Positions 9,517 to 17,850 of a DNA stretch of 64,000 bases are shown piece by piece (the stretch's first letter is position 1; each line of letters begins with the position of its first letter). Source of the DNA: Kiritimatiellia bacterium (GTDB lineage Bacteria > Verrucomicrobiota > Kiritimatiellia > PWTM01); contig JAOACR010000009.1 of assembly GCA_026417735.1 (NCBI GenBank), forward strand, positions 139,641-203,640, written 5' to 3'. A model generated the notes under the pieces. That model did no database searches and had not been told where the DNA came from. It saw nothing but the letters and a program-made list of their open reading frames with translations. The position numbers and the translations under genes were made by a program.

Positions 9517-10659
9517 ATGAGGCGCCGCCCCAGCGTTTCGCCGACCCGTCTGCGCGAGCTGGCCAGCGGCTTCCACATTTACGGCGACATCGTCTCGATC
9601 GAGCCCTATGGCAGCGGCCACATCAACGACACGTTCTGCGTGCGCGTTGATCAGGCTGGCACGCCGGTGCGCTACGTGCTGCAGCGGCTGAACACCGAGA
9701 TCTTCCGAAATCCCGCCGCGGTGATGGACAACATTACCCGTGTCACCGCCCATCTCGCGGCCCAGCTGCAGCAGGAGGGCGCGCCCGAGGCGAGCCGCCG
9801 CACGCTGACGCTGGTGCCCGCTCGGAGGGGGGGCGTGTGGTGCGATGAGGCGGACGGGGCATGGCGCTGCTACCTTTTCATCGAACGGGCGCGCACATGG
9901 GACGAAGTCCAATCGCCCGCGCAGGCGGCCGCCGCAGCGCGCGCGTTCGCGGAATTTCAGCGCCGCCTCGCCGGACTGCCGCCGCCCCCGCTGGCGGAGA
10001 CCATCCCCGGCTTTCACGACACGCCCCGCCGGTTCCGCGCGCTGCAGGCGGCGATCGCCGCCGACCCCCACAACCGCGCCGCGCGCGCCCGCGAGGAAAT
10101 CGCGTTCGCGCTCGCACACGAAGCGATCGTGGACCGGCTGGAGCGCGCACGGGCGGACGGCCGACTCCCCGTGCGCGTCACCCACAACGACACAAAGCTG
10201 AATAACGTGATGCTGGACGAGACCACCGGCGAGGGCATCTGTGTGATCGATCTGGACACCGTCATGCCCGGTGTGGTCCTTTACGACTTCGGGGACATGT
10301 GCCGAACCGCAACCCGGCCGACGGCGGAAGACGAACGCGAGCTCGCGCGCGTCCGGATGCGTCGGGATATGTACGAGGCACTTGTCCGCGGTTACCTCGA
10401 GGGCGGTGCCGCGTTCCTCACCGCCGCGGAGGTCGAGCTGCTCGCGTTTTCCGCGCAGCTCATCACCTTCGAAATCGGCACCCGATTCCTCACCGACTTT
10501 CTGGAGGGCGACGTGTACTTCAAGACCCGCCGCCCGGAGCACAACCTCGATCGCTGCCGTGTGCAGTTCGCGATGGTGCGGTCGTTCGAGGAGAACGCTG
10601 AATGGATGCAGCGCGCAACGCTCGACGCCTGGGCGCGCGCGCAGGAGGGCCGGCCGTGA
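9517..10659 (+). CDS. aminoglycoside-phosphotransferase-fold kinase, anomeric sugar 1-kinase-like (NahK/AmgK-like)
   Basis: G-rich loop IEPYGSGHINDTF. Catalytic loop THNDTKLNNVMLD and metal-binding VIDLDTV are typical of the APH/choline-kinase fold. It lies 6 nt downstream of the nucleotidyltransferase. Confidence 0.75.
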   Translation: MRRRPSVSPTRLRELASGFHIYGDIVSIEPYGSGHINDTFCVRVDQAGTPVRYVLQRLNTEIFRNPAAVMDNITRVTAHLAAQLQQEGAPEASRRTLTLVPARRGGVWCDEADGAWRCYLFIERARTWDEVQSPAQAAAAARAFAEFQRRLAGLPPPPLAETIPGFHDTPRRFRALQAAIAADPHNRAARAREEIAFALAHEAIVDRLERARADGRLPVRVTHNDTKLNNVMLDETTGEGICVIDLDTVMPGVVLYDFGDMCRTATRPTAEDERELARVRMRRDMYEALVRGYLEGGAAFLTAAEVELLAFSAQLITFEIGTRFLTDFLEGDVYFKTRRPEHNLDRCRVQFAMVRSFEENAEWMQRATLDAWARAQEGRP

Positions 10660-12641
10660 ACCTGTCTGCGCTGGACGTGGCGATCATCGTTGCGTTTTTG
10701 GTCTCGGTGGTGGTGATCGGTTCGTTGGCCGCGCGCCGAGCGGGCCGCAGCACGGCGGATTTCTTCCTTTCCGGCCGCTCGATGCCATGGTGGCTGCTGG
10801 GGGTCTCCATGGTCGCCTGCACGTTCTCCTGCGACACGCCGAACCTGGTCACCGACATCGTCCGCACCGGCGGCGTCGCGGGGAACTGGGCGTGGTGGGC
10901 GTTTCTGCTGACCGGCATGCTGACCGTGTTCGTGTACGCCAAGCTGTGGCGGCGGTCCGCGCTGGACACCGATCTGGGGTTTTACGAGATCCGCTACAGC
11001 GGACGGCCCGCGGCGGTGCTGCGCGGGTTTCGAGCGCTGTATCTGGGCGTCTTGTTCAACGTGCTGGTGATGGCGACGGTCTCGCTGGCGGCGATCAAGA
11101 TTGGCCAGGTGATGTTCGGACTGCGCCCGGCCGAGACGTTGTTCTGGGCGTCGGTCGGCGTCGCAATCTACGCGGTGCTCGGCGGTCTGACCGGTTCGAT
11201 CTGGGCGGACTTCTACCAGTACTCCGTCGCGATGTTCGGCGCGATCGCGGCGGCGGTCTATGCGGTGGCATCGCCGAAGTTCGGTGTCGGCAGCCTGCGT
11301 GCGCTCGTCTCGCGGCCGGAGCTGGTGGGCAAGCTCTCCTTCCTGCCACCGCCGCCGGAAGGCGGCGACCTCAGCGGCTGGGTGGGGTTGTTCGTGCTGC
11401 CGCTGGCGATTCAGTGGTGGAACGTCTGGTACCCCGGTGCGGAGCCCGGTGGCGGTGGCTATGTGGCGCAACGAATGCTCTCCGCAAAAAACGAGCGGCA
11501 CGCCGTCGGCGCGACGCTGCTGTTCAACGTGCTGCACTACGCGGTGCGACCCTGGCCCTGGATTCTGGTTGCGCTCGTCTCCCTGGTCGCGTTTGCACCG
11601 GACCCTCCCGAGGCCCGGGCGGCCGCGCGCCAGCGGCTGGCGTCGCCCGAACTGGCGACCGCGGTCGCCGCGATGGACGCCGGCCGCGCCACCGAGGTGC
11701 CCGACGCGGTGCGCGCGGAAATCCGACTGCTGCGCGCGCAGGCCGCGGGCGTCCGCCGGCTCGCGGAGGCGTTTCCGAACGTGCACGAACAGTTCCTGCG
11801 GCACGACATCGCCTACCCTGCGATGATCGCGCAGCTCCCCCCCGGCCTGCTCGGGCTGGTCGTCGCGTCGCTGATCGCCGCCTACATGTCCACGATCGCG
11901 ACGCACCTGAACTGGGGCTCGTCCTACGTGGTGCAGGACTTCTACCGGCGGTTCGTGCGCCCCTCCGCAACCGAGCGCGAGCTGGTCGCGGCAGGCCGCA
12001 TCGTGATGCTCGCGCTGCTGTTGCTGGCGGCGCGCGTTGCGCTCTGGATGACCAACGCAAAGGCGTCGTTCGACCTGTTGCTCGCGGTCGGCGCCGGCAC
12101 CGGCCTCATCTACATCCTGCGCTGGTTCTGGTGGCGGCTGAACGCGTGGAGCGAAATCAGCGCGATGGTGATCTCGTTCGCGATCGCCGCGTTTTTCGCC
12201 TTCGGGGCGCCGCATCTCGGCATCGAAGAGTGGATGCGTGAGGCGGGTTGGCTACGCTGGATGGGCTACAGCGACTGGAAACTGGTCTTCGGGATCGCCG
12301 GCACCACCGCCGGTTGGCTCACGGTCACCCTGCTCACCCCTCCGGTCGATCGCGCGACCCTTCGCGCGTTCTACCGCCGCGTCCGACCTGGTGGACCGGG
12401 CTGGCAACGCGTCGTGGAGGAGGCCCGGCGCGACGGCGAGGAACTGGTGGATCCCGCCACCTGGGATGTACCACGCGGCATCCTTTGCATGACGCTCGGC
12501 TGTGCATTCGTATGGGCGGCGCTGTTTGCAATCGGCAGTGCGCTCTACGGCCGCGCCCTTCAGGCGGCCGCGCTTGGCGCCGTCTCGGCCGCCGCGCTGC
12601 TGCTGCTGATGAGCGCCGCGCGTCGGCTGCGCTTCGATTGA
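10656..12641 (+). CDS. sodium:solute symporter (SSS) family transporter
   Basis: The GTG at 10656 overlaps the kinase stop (GTGA) and AGGAGGG lies 7 nt upstream. Many hydrophobic helices. GGGYVAQRMLSAK and IAAYMSTIATHLNWGSSY are SSS-like. The antisense 607-aa ORF is Arg/His-rich noise. Confidence 0.85.
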   Translation: MNLSALDVAIIVAFLVSVVVIGSLAARRAGRSTADFFLSGRSMPWWLLGVSMVACTFSCDTPNLVTDIVRTGGVAGNWAWWAFLLTGMLTVFVYAKLWRRSALDTDLGFYEIRYSGRPAAVLRGFRALYLGVLFNVLVMATVSLAAIKIGQVMFGLRPAETLFWASVGVAIYAVLGGLTGSIWADFYQYSVAMFGAIAAAVYAVASPKFGVGSLRALVSRPELVGKLSFLPPPPEGGDLSGWVGLFVLPLAIQWWNVWYPGAEPGGGGYVAQRMLSAKNERHAVGATLLFNVLHYAVRPWPWILVALVSLVAFAPDPPEARAAARQRLASPELATAVAAMDAGRATEVPDAVRAEIRLLRAQAAGVRRLAEAFPNVHEQFLRHDIAYPAMIAQLPPGLLGLVVASLIAAYMSTIATHLNWGSSYVVQDFYRRFVRPSATERELVAAGRIVMLALLLLAARVALWMTNAKASFDLLLAVGAGTGLIYILRWFWWRLNAWSEISAMVISFAIAAFFAFGAPHLGIEEWMREAGWLRWMGYSDWKLVFGIAGTTAGWLTVTLLTPPVDRATLRAFYRRVRPGGPGWQRVVEEARRDGEELVDPATWDVPRGILCMTLGCAFVWAALFAIGSALYGRALQAAALGAVSAAALLLLMSAARRLRFD

Positions 12642-12818
12642 GCTGCGCTGCCCTCCTTGTTTGGCACCTCAGCAACGTTCCGCATCGATGCCGCTGGCTC
12701 GGCGGCACGAAGCAGCGCGCACAATAACGTCGCGCTGGCGCGCGTCATTAGCATTGAGGGGCACGACCGCGGCCGACGTTCGGGGCTGCGGACACGCCCC
12801 GCGGAAAGGAGTCTGATC

Positions 12819-13604
12819 ATGAGTAGATCGAACGTTTGGCTGGCGACCGCGCTGGTGACGTTGCTGATCGGATCGCTGCCGACGGCCGCGCGCGAGCACG
12901 CCCGCGGGCCCGAGCGGCGGCGGGAACCCGATCGCCGTGAGCTGGCGGGGCGGCCCGCAATGCCGCCGTGGATGAACCCGGAGTGGCGGCGGCGCGCGAT
13001 GGAACGCCTGCGCGCGGCACCGCCGGAGCGGCGCCGCGAGATGATTCGGCGGTTTCTCCAAATGCGAGCGCGGCGATTCGGAGGTCCGATCCGTGGACCG
13101 GGCTACGGAATGCGGCCGGGCGGACCTCCGATGGGTGCCGGGATGTGGCGTCGTCCGTACTGGGGGCCACCCTCGGGGCAGGTGGGCGGCATCCGTGGAA
13201 ATGCGCCCCGGTGGCGCGGGCTCGGCGGCCGGCGATACGGGCCACAACCCGAGTGCCGAGGACCTTGTCCCCGTTGCCCGTGCCGCAGCGCACGCGACCA
13301 GGCCCGGGGCGAGCCTCCGCGTCGCCGACCCCAGCCACCCCCGCCGCCCGCCGCGGGGGCACCCCGGCCCGATCAGCCTCCGGCGCCGCCCGTCGCCGAG
13401 GAACTCGCGCGCCGGCAGCGTGAAATGGAACAGCGAATCGAGGCGCAGCGGCGCGAGTTGGAAAAAGCACGCGAGGAACTGCGCCGCCGCGAGCAGGAGC
13501 TGCGCGAACAAGCCGAGCGCTTGCATCGTGAACTTCGCGAGCGAGCGGGCGGTGAGCGGCGCGAGGCGGAACGCGGCCGCGAGGGACGGCGCCCGCAGGC
13601 TTGA
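12819..13604 (+). CDS. secreted Arg/Pro/Gly-rich low-complexity protein with C-terminal Glu/Arg coiled-coil-like tail
   Basis: AAAGGAG SD then ATG at 12819. Signal-like MSRSNVWLATALVTLLIGSLPTAA. C-terminus ELARRQREMEQRIEAQRRELEKAREELRRREQELREQAERLHRELRE. All six frames are open here, so the call is less secure. Confidence 0.5.
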   Translation: MSRSNVWLATALVTLLIGSLPTAAREHARGPERRREPDRRELAGRPAMPPWMNPEWRRRAMERLRAAPPERRREMIRRFLQMRARRFGGPIRGPGYGMRPGGPPMGAGMWRRPYWGPPSGQVGGIRGNAPRWRGLGGRRYGPQPECRGPCPRCPCRSARDQARGEPPRRRPQPPPPPAAGAPRPDQPPAPPVAEELARRQREMEQRIEAQRRELEKAREELRRREQELREQAERLHRELRERAGGERREAERGREGRRPQA

Positions 13605-13916
13605 GCGCACGCCGGCAGACACGCACACGTCGATAGAGGTGGCGGCATCCCCCACGGCGTTCTCAGGGAGCCGGGAGGTGATGTCGCCACCCCGTTTTGA
13701 CCGCCTCCATCGACCTCGCCGGTGCGGCGGCCGCGGCCAGGGCCCCCAGCCACCCATCGGGCCGGCGGAGGGGGAGCTCAGGCGGCCACAACAAGTTGCC
13801 CACGCCCGGGCCGTCCGATCGGGATGGAACGGCCGCCCGCGCTTCCCGTTGCATTCGATCCAGCGCACACTATGCTGAACGTCGGAGATCCAAAAACAGC
13901 CGGGAGAACTACTGCG

Positions 13917-14765
13917 ATGAAACGCCGTGATTTGCTGGCCCGTGCGGGTCTGGCCGCCGCCGCGCTCTCGTTCAGCCCTTCCGCCCAGAGCCAGGGCGTC
14001 GCCCCCCGAAAAGGACGCATCCGCCAGTGCGCCTGCCCGGGAGTCTTCGGCAAAACCACCTTCGAAGAAAAGTGCCGCCTCGCCAAACGCCTCGGTCTCT
14101 ACGGGATCGACCTCGTTCGCCCGGGGCCGGACTGGGACACGCTGAAGTCCTACGGCCTCATCTGCAGCATGGTGCCTAGCCACAGCCTCACCCGCGGCCT
14201 GAACGCGAAGGCCAACCATGAAGAATGTTTGGCGGCCATCCGGCAGTCGATCGAAGCGGCGGCTGCCGCGGGGTTTCCGAACGTGATCTGCTTCTCCGGC
14301 AACCGAAACGGCATCAGCGACGAGGAGGGCTGGGAAAACTGCACGGTGGCGCTCAAACAGGTCGTCGGACTTGCCGAACAAAAGGGCATTACGCTCTGCA
14401 TGGAGCTGTTGAACAGCAAACGCAATCACAAGGACTACCAGTGCGACCGCACCGCCTGGGGCGTGGAGCTCTGCAAACGCGTCGGGTCGCCGAACTTCAA
14501 GCTGCTCTACGACATCTACCACATGCAGATTATGGAGGGAGACATCATTGCGACGATCCGCGAGGCGCTGCCCTACATCGCCCACATCCACACCGCCGGC
14601 GTGCCGGGTCGGCACGAAATTGACGAAACGCAGGAGCTCTACTACCCCGCGATCATGCGCGCGATTGCGGAGGCCGGGTTCAAGGGCTTCGTCGCACACG
14701 AGTACACCCCCACTGGCGACCCGACCGCAGCGCTAGAGAAGGCGGTCCACATTTGCGACGTCTGA
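13917..14765 (+). CDS. hydroxypyruvate isomerase-like / xylose isomerase-like TIM-barrel protein with Tat-type signal
   Basis: The ATG at 13917 gives MKRRDLLARAGLAAAALSFSPSAQS (twin-Arg signal). The body MELLNSK..., AHIHTAGVPGRHEIDE and FVAHEY is typical of the Hyi/IolE-like TIM-barrel family. Confidence 0.8.
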   Translation: MKRRDLLARAGLAAAALSFSPSAQSQGVAPRKGRIRQCACPGVFGKTTFEEKCRLAKRLGLYGIDLVRPGPDWDTLKSYGLICSMVPSHSLTRGLNAKANHEECLAAIRQSIEAAAAAGFPNVICFSGNRNGISDEEGWENCTVALKQVVGLAEQKGITLCMELLNSKRNHKDYQCDRTAWGVELCKRVGSPNFKLLYDIYHMQIMEGDIIATIREALPYIAHIHTAGVPGRHEIDETQELYYPAIMRAIAEAGFKGFVAHEYTPTGDPTAALEKAVHICDV

Positions 14766-14939
14766 GATCGGTCGAAACCGAACGCCACTGGGCCCGCTCG
14801 GCGAGGTGTTCGCTCTGGCGCAACAAGTTCACCGAGAAGGGGTGCGACAGGCCGCGTTGAACTTTTTCGCCCCGTGGTGCGACGTCGCAAATGGGCTGGC
14901 TCCGTGGACGAGCCACGGAGTGCCCTGGGAGACCCCATC

Positions 14940-15425
14940 ATGAAGATCCGTATCGGTGTTCTGATCGCGGCTCTCGGCGTGGCGGCGTGTGATCATCGCG
15001 TGCCGCTCTCGGACCAACCGTCAGGTGAGGCCGACCGACTGGTAATCGGCGCATGGGTACGGAGCGACGGCGGAGGCTCCGAACGGATGGTCGTCCTGCC
15101 GATGGGACGCCGCGAATGGCTGGTGGTGTGGGGCGCCGGTAGCGCCGAACCGTTGTATGCACGGGCGTGGCCGGTGCGGCTCTCCGACGCGACACTTGCG
15201 CAACTGGAGTGGCTGGGCAGCGGCGCGGGCAAGCCGCTGGAGGGCGACCGCCCCTTCCAGCTCGCCAGCTGGACGCTGACCGGCCGCACGCTCACCGTGC
15301 GTCTCATCAAGGCCGAGGTCGGCCGCGACGCGGCAACCAGCGCCGAACTGGCCGCCGCGCTGGAGGAAGCGCGCCGTCGCGGCGCATGGACGCGCGAACC
15401 GATGGTGTTCACGCGCACGGAGTAG
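14940..15425 (+). CDS. hypothetical lipoprotein
   Basis: MKIRIGVLIAALGVAAC lipobox-like signal. It lies immediately upstream of the ECF sigma gene (7-nt gap). Confidence 0.6.
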   Translation: MKIRIGVLIAALGVAACDHRVPLSDQPSGEADRLVIGAWVRSDGGGSERMVVLPMGRREWLVVWGAGSAEPLYARAWPVRLSDATLAQLEWLGSGAGKPLEGDRPFQLASWTLTGRTLTVRLIKAEVGRDAATSAELAAALEEARRRGAWTREPMVFTRTE

Positions 15426-15432
15426 ACCGCAG

Positions 15433-15972
15433 ATGACGAACGCCGGCCCGCCGATCGAGCCGGACGGAGCCGCAGAGACGGTCGCCACCTTGTACCGGGA
15501 GTGCCGCGCCGAACTCGAGCTTTTTTTCCGGCGACGCCACGCAGATACGGCGGCAGAAGACCTGGTACAGGAGACTTTCGCGCGCCTCGTCCGCAGCGCC
15601 CGCGCGCTGCTCGCCGCCCGCTCACCGCGCGCGTTCGTGTTCGGCATTGCTCGGCACGTGAGTCTGGACGCCTGGCGGCGGGCGGCAGTGCGCTCGGTGG
15701 TGGCCTTTGAGCCGGAGCCGCGCGCAGAGGTCGCGGCACCCGCGCCGGATGTCCGGCGCGCCGCGGCGCTGCGCGACGCGATCTCCACTCTGCCTCCCAC
15801 CGACCAGGAGATCCTCGATCTGCGCTTTCAGCATGACCTCAGCTACGCTGAAATCGCCGAGGCGCTCCGCATTCCGCTCGGCACGGTGCGTTCCCGACTG
15901 CACCACGCGCTGCGGAGGTTGCGCGCAGTGTGGGACGAGCACACCGCCGCACCACCTGAAGGAAATGTGTAA
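15433..15972 (+). CDS. ECF-type RNA polymerase sigma-70 family factor
   Basis: Region 2 (AEDLVQETFARLV) and region 4 HTH (LSYAEIAEALRIPLGTVRSRLHHALRRLR). Confidence 0.9.
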   Translation: MTNAGPPIEPDGAAETVATLYRECRAELELFFRRRHADTAAEDLVQETFARLVRSARALLAARSPRAFVFGIARHVSLDAWRRAAVRSVVAFEPEPRAEVAAPAPDVRRAAALRDAISTLPPTDQEILDLRFQHDLSYAEIAEALRIPLGTVRSRLHHALRRLRAVWDEHTAAPPEGNV

Positions 15973-16358
15973 TGAAACCGGAATATCTGGACGCGCTGCT
16001 GATTGACCGGGCGCTCGGTGAGCTGCCCGCCGAGGTCGGGGAACTGCTGGAGGCGTATCTTGAGCACGAGCCCTCCGCGCGCGCGGCGGCCGACTCTTGG
16101 GAGCGCTTTGTCGCCGAGGCCGGCGCTGCGGTACGAGCCATCCCGCCGGCACCGGCTCGAACGGCGAGAGGAGCACGGCGGCTTGCTGCCTGCGCCGCGG
16201 CGGTGGCGCTCGCGATCGCGGCGCTTGCCGCCTGGGGACCATGGAAGCTCCGTGACAGGACTCCGGCCGTACGGGGCGCCGTGTGGGCCGCCTACGAAGT
16301 CTCCTATGATCCCGTCGCCGGTGGTTTCGCCATCGTTGAGCGGAGGAACGCGCCATGA
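15972..16358 (+). CDS. putative anti-sigma factor (single-pass membrane protein)
   Basis: TAATG overlap with the sigma gene. N-terminal helical region, a single TM (LAACAAAVALAIAALAAWG) and a short periplasmic tail. Confidence 0.6.
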   Translation: MKPEYLDALLIDRALGELPAEVGELLEAYLEHEPSARAAADSWERFVAEAGAAVRAIPPAPARTARGARRLAACAAAVALAIAALAAWGPWKLRDRTPAVRGAVWAAYEVSYDPVAGGFAIVERRNAP

Positions 16359-17737
16359 ACCGTCTCCTCCGAATCAGTTGCCTGGCGGCCGCCGCGCTGA
16401 TGTCGGGCTGCATGGTGGAGGAACGGCTCGCCTGGGCGCCGGATGGCCAACGCGCCGCGGTGTGGGGACACGCCGGCCTCTTTCTGGCCGATCCCGATGC
16501 GCGGCTACACGGACCGATCGCGACCGCCGTCACGGCGGCCGTCTGGTTACCCGGCGGACACGATCTGGTCGCGCACCGCGAACATCGAGTGCGCAAGTGG
16601 GCGGAGGCTGCGTCGTTGCTGCCGGAAGTAGAGCGCCGTCGGATCGAAGCGTTCGCACCGGTGGTCGCGGCGGTGCTGTCCGGCGCGCTCGAGGTGTCCA
16701 CCAACGGGCTAGACGGCCTCGACGAAGCGTTTGCGAAACCGCTCGGTCTCTCGGCCGATGCAACCGCGATCGCCCCCGCGCTGCTCTGCCTACGCGACCG
16801 CGACCCTGCGGGCTGGTCCAACCTCGTGCTGCGCGCCCGCAAGCCGGCAGAGCCGCCGCCCGACGACACGCTTGAGGTCATCGTCCACGAGCTTGCCCTG
16901 ATCCCAACCGATCCACCGGGACCACCTCAGGTGCTCTACCGCACCTATCGTCCCATCTCCGCTATCCGCGCCTCACCGGTCAGCCGCGCGGTGGCCTTCC
17001 GGGCCGGCCGTGTTCTGTACGTGCTGGCGGTCGGCGAGAGGGCGCAAGAGCCAACCATAGTGGCGGAACGCGTGTCCGGTCGGTTCGATTGGGCGCCGGA
17101 CGGCGCGTCGTTGACGTACGCGGTGCCGCTCGGCGAGGCGGACGAGGGCGGACTGCATCTTGCACACGTGCAGTCCACCACGCTGCAATCAGCAGAGGGG
17201 CGGCTGGTCGTCGGCGCGACCGTCGCGCATCTGCTGGCGGCGTTTCCGTTCCCTCCGCGGCTCCGCTACCTCGGCGATCGGCGATTGGTCTTTCCGGCGC
17301 TAGGGGCGGCGCTACCCCGCGCGGCGGGCGCCGGCGCAGAGGGTCAGCGTCCGGCGCTGTTCGTCGCACGCTGGGCGGAGGAGTCGCCCGACTCCCCACG
17401 GATCGAGCGGCTGGCCACCGATGGCCTGCCCGCCGATCTGCGCGATTTCGAGCCCTCCCCCGACGGGCGGCGGATCGCCGTGGTCGAAAGCGGTTCGGAC
17501 GCGGTCGCGCTGCTGGAGGTCGCAACCGGTCGCATCAGGGTCCTTCAGCCGGCCGGCGGCGGCAGGACCCGCGCGTTGCCCGCCTGGCGAACTCCGGAAG
17601 AACTCTACTTCGCTGCGCTCCCGGCGGCCGGTCCGCCACCGGAGTGGCGGCGCTGGACGAGCGAGACCGTCACCTCGTGGTCGGTGGGCTGGCCGACGGG
17701 GCTTGTCGAGCGGCTCGTCGAACGCGAGACCCGCTAA
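16355..17737 (+). CDS. hypothetical lipoprotein, TolB/WD40-like beta-propeller suspected
   Basis: ATGA overlap with the anti-sigma gene. MNRLLRISCLAAAALMSGC lipobox. Recurrent WAPDG / PSPDGRRIAVV motifs. Confidence 0.6.
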   Translation: MNRLLRISCLAAAALMSGCMVEERLAWAPDGQRAAVWGHAGLFLADPDARLHGPIATAVTAAVWLPGGHDLVAHREHRVRKWAEAASLLPEVERRRIEAFAPVVAAVLSGALEVSTNGLDGLDEAFAKPLGLSADATAIAPALLCLRDRDPAGWSNLVLRARKPAEPPPDDTLEVIVHELALIPTDPPGPPQVLYRTYRPISAIRASPVSRAVAFRAGRVLYVLAVGERAQEPTIVAERVSGRFDWAPDGASLTYAVPLGEADEGGLHLAHVQSTTLQSAEGRLVVGATVAHLLAAFPFPPRLRYLGDRRLVFPALGAALPRAAGAGAEGQRPALFVARWAEESPDSPRIERLATDGLPADLRDFEPSPDGRRIAVVESGSDAVALLEVATGRIRVLQPAGGGRTRALPAWRTPEELYFAALPAAGPPPEWRRWTSETVTSWSVGWPTGLVERLVERETR

Positions 17738-17850
17738 GCGCACGCAAGCGGGTGGCGGTTGCGCTTGCGGTTCCGACGGCGCATGCCTACAGTCCCCACC
17801 CCATGTGCGGCGCCGCGACCAATCATGACGGCCGGCAACCGTTCCCAGCG

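Noticed and set aside
12669-14699. 676-aa minus-strand ORF, one of the longest in the track. Similar giants occur at 10392..12215(-), 8647..10542(-), 6904..8484(-), 5274..6890(+), 25133..26737(-), 28090..29913(-), 38821..40608(+), 43189..44703(+), 41159..42640(+), 49008..50087(+), 50309..51484(+), 55488..56987(+) and 19969..21342(+).
   Set aside because: These are shadow ORFs typical of high-GC DNA. Their translations are Arg/Pro/Ala/Gly/His-rich and low-complexity, with no motifs. Each lies antisense or out of frame to a gene with clear family signatures (SSS transporter, hox genes, hem genes, priA, RND pump, etc.). 28090..29913 even reads straight through tRNA-Ala.
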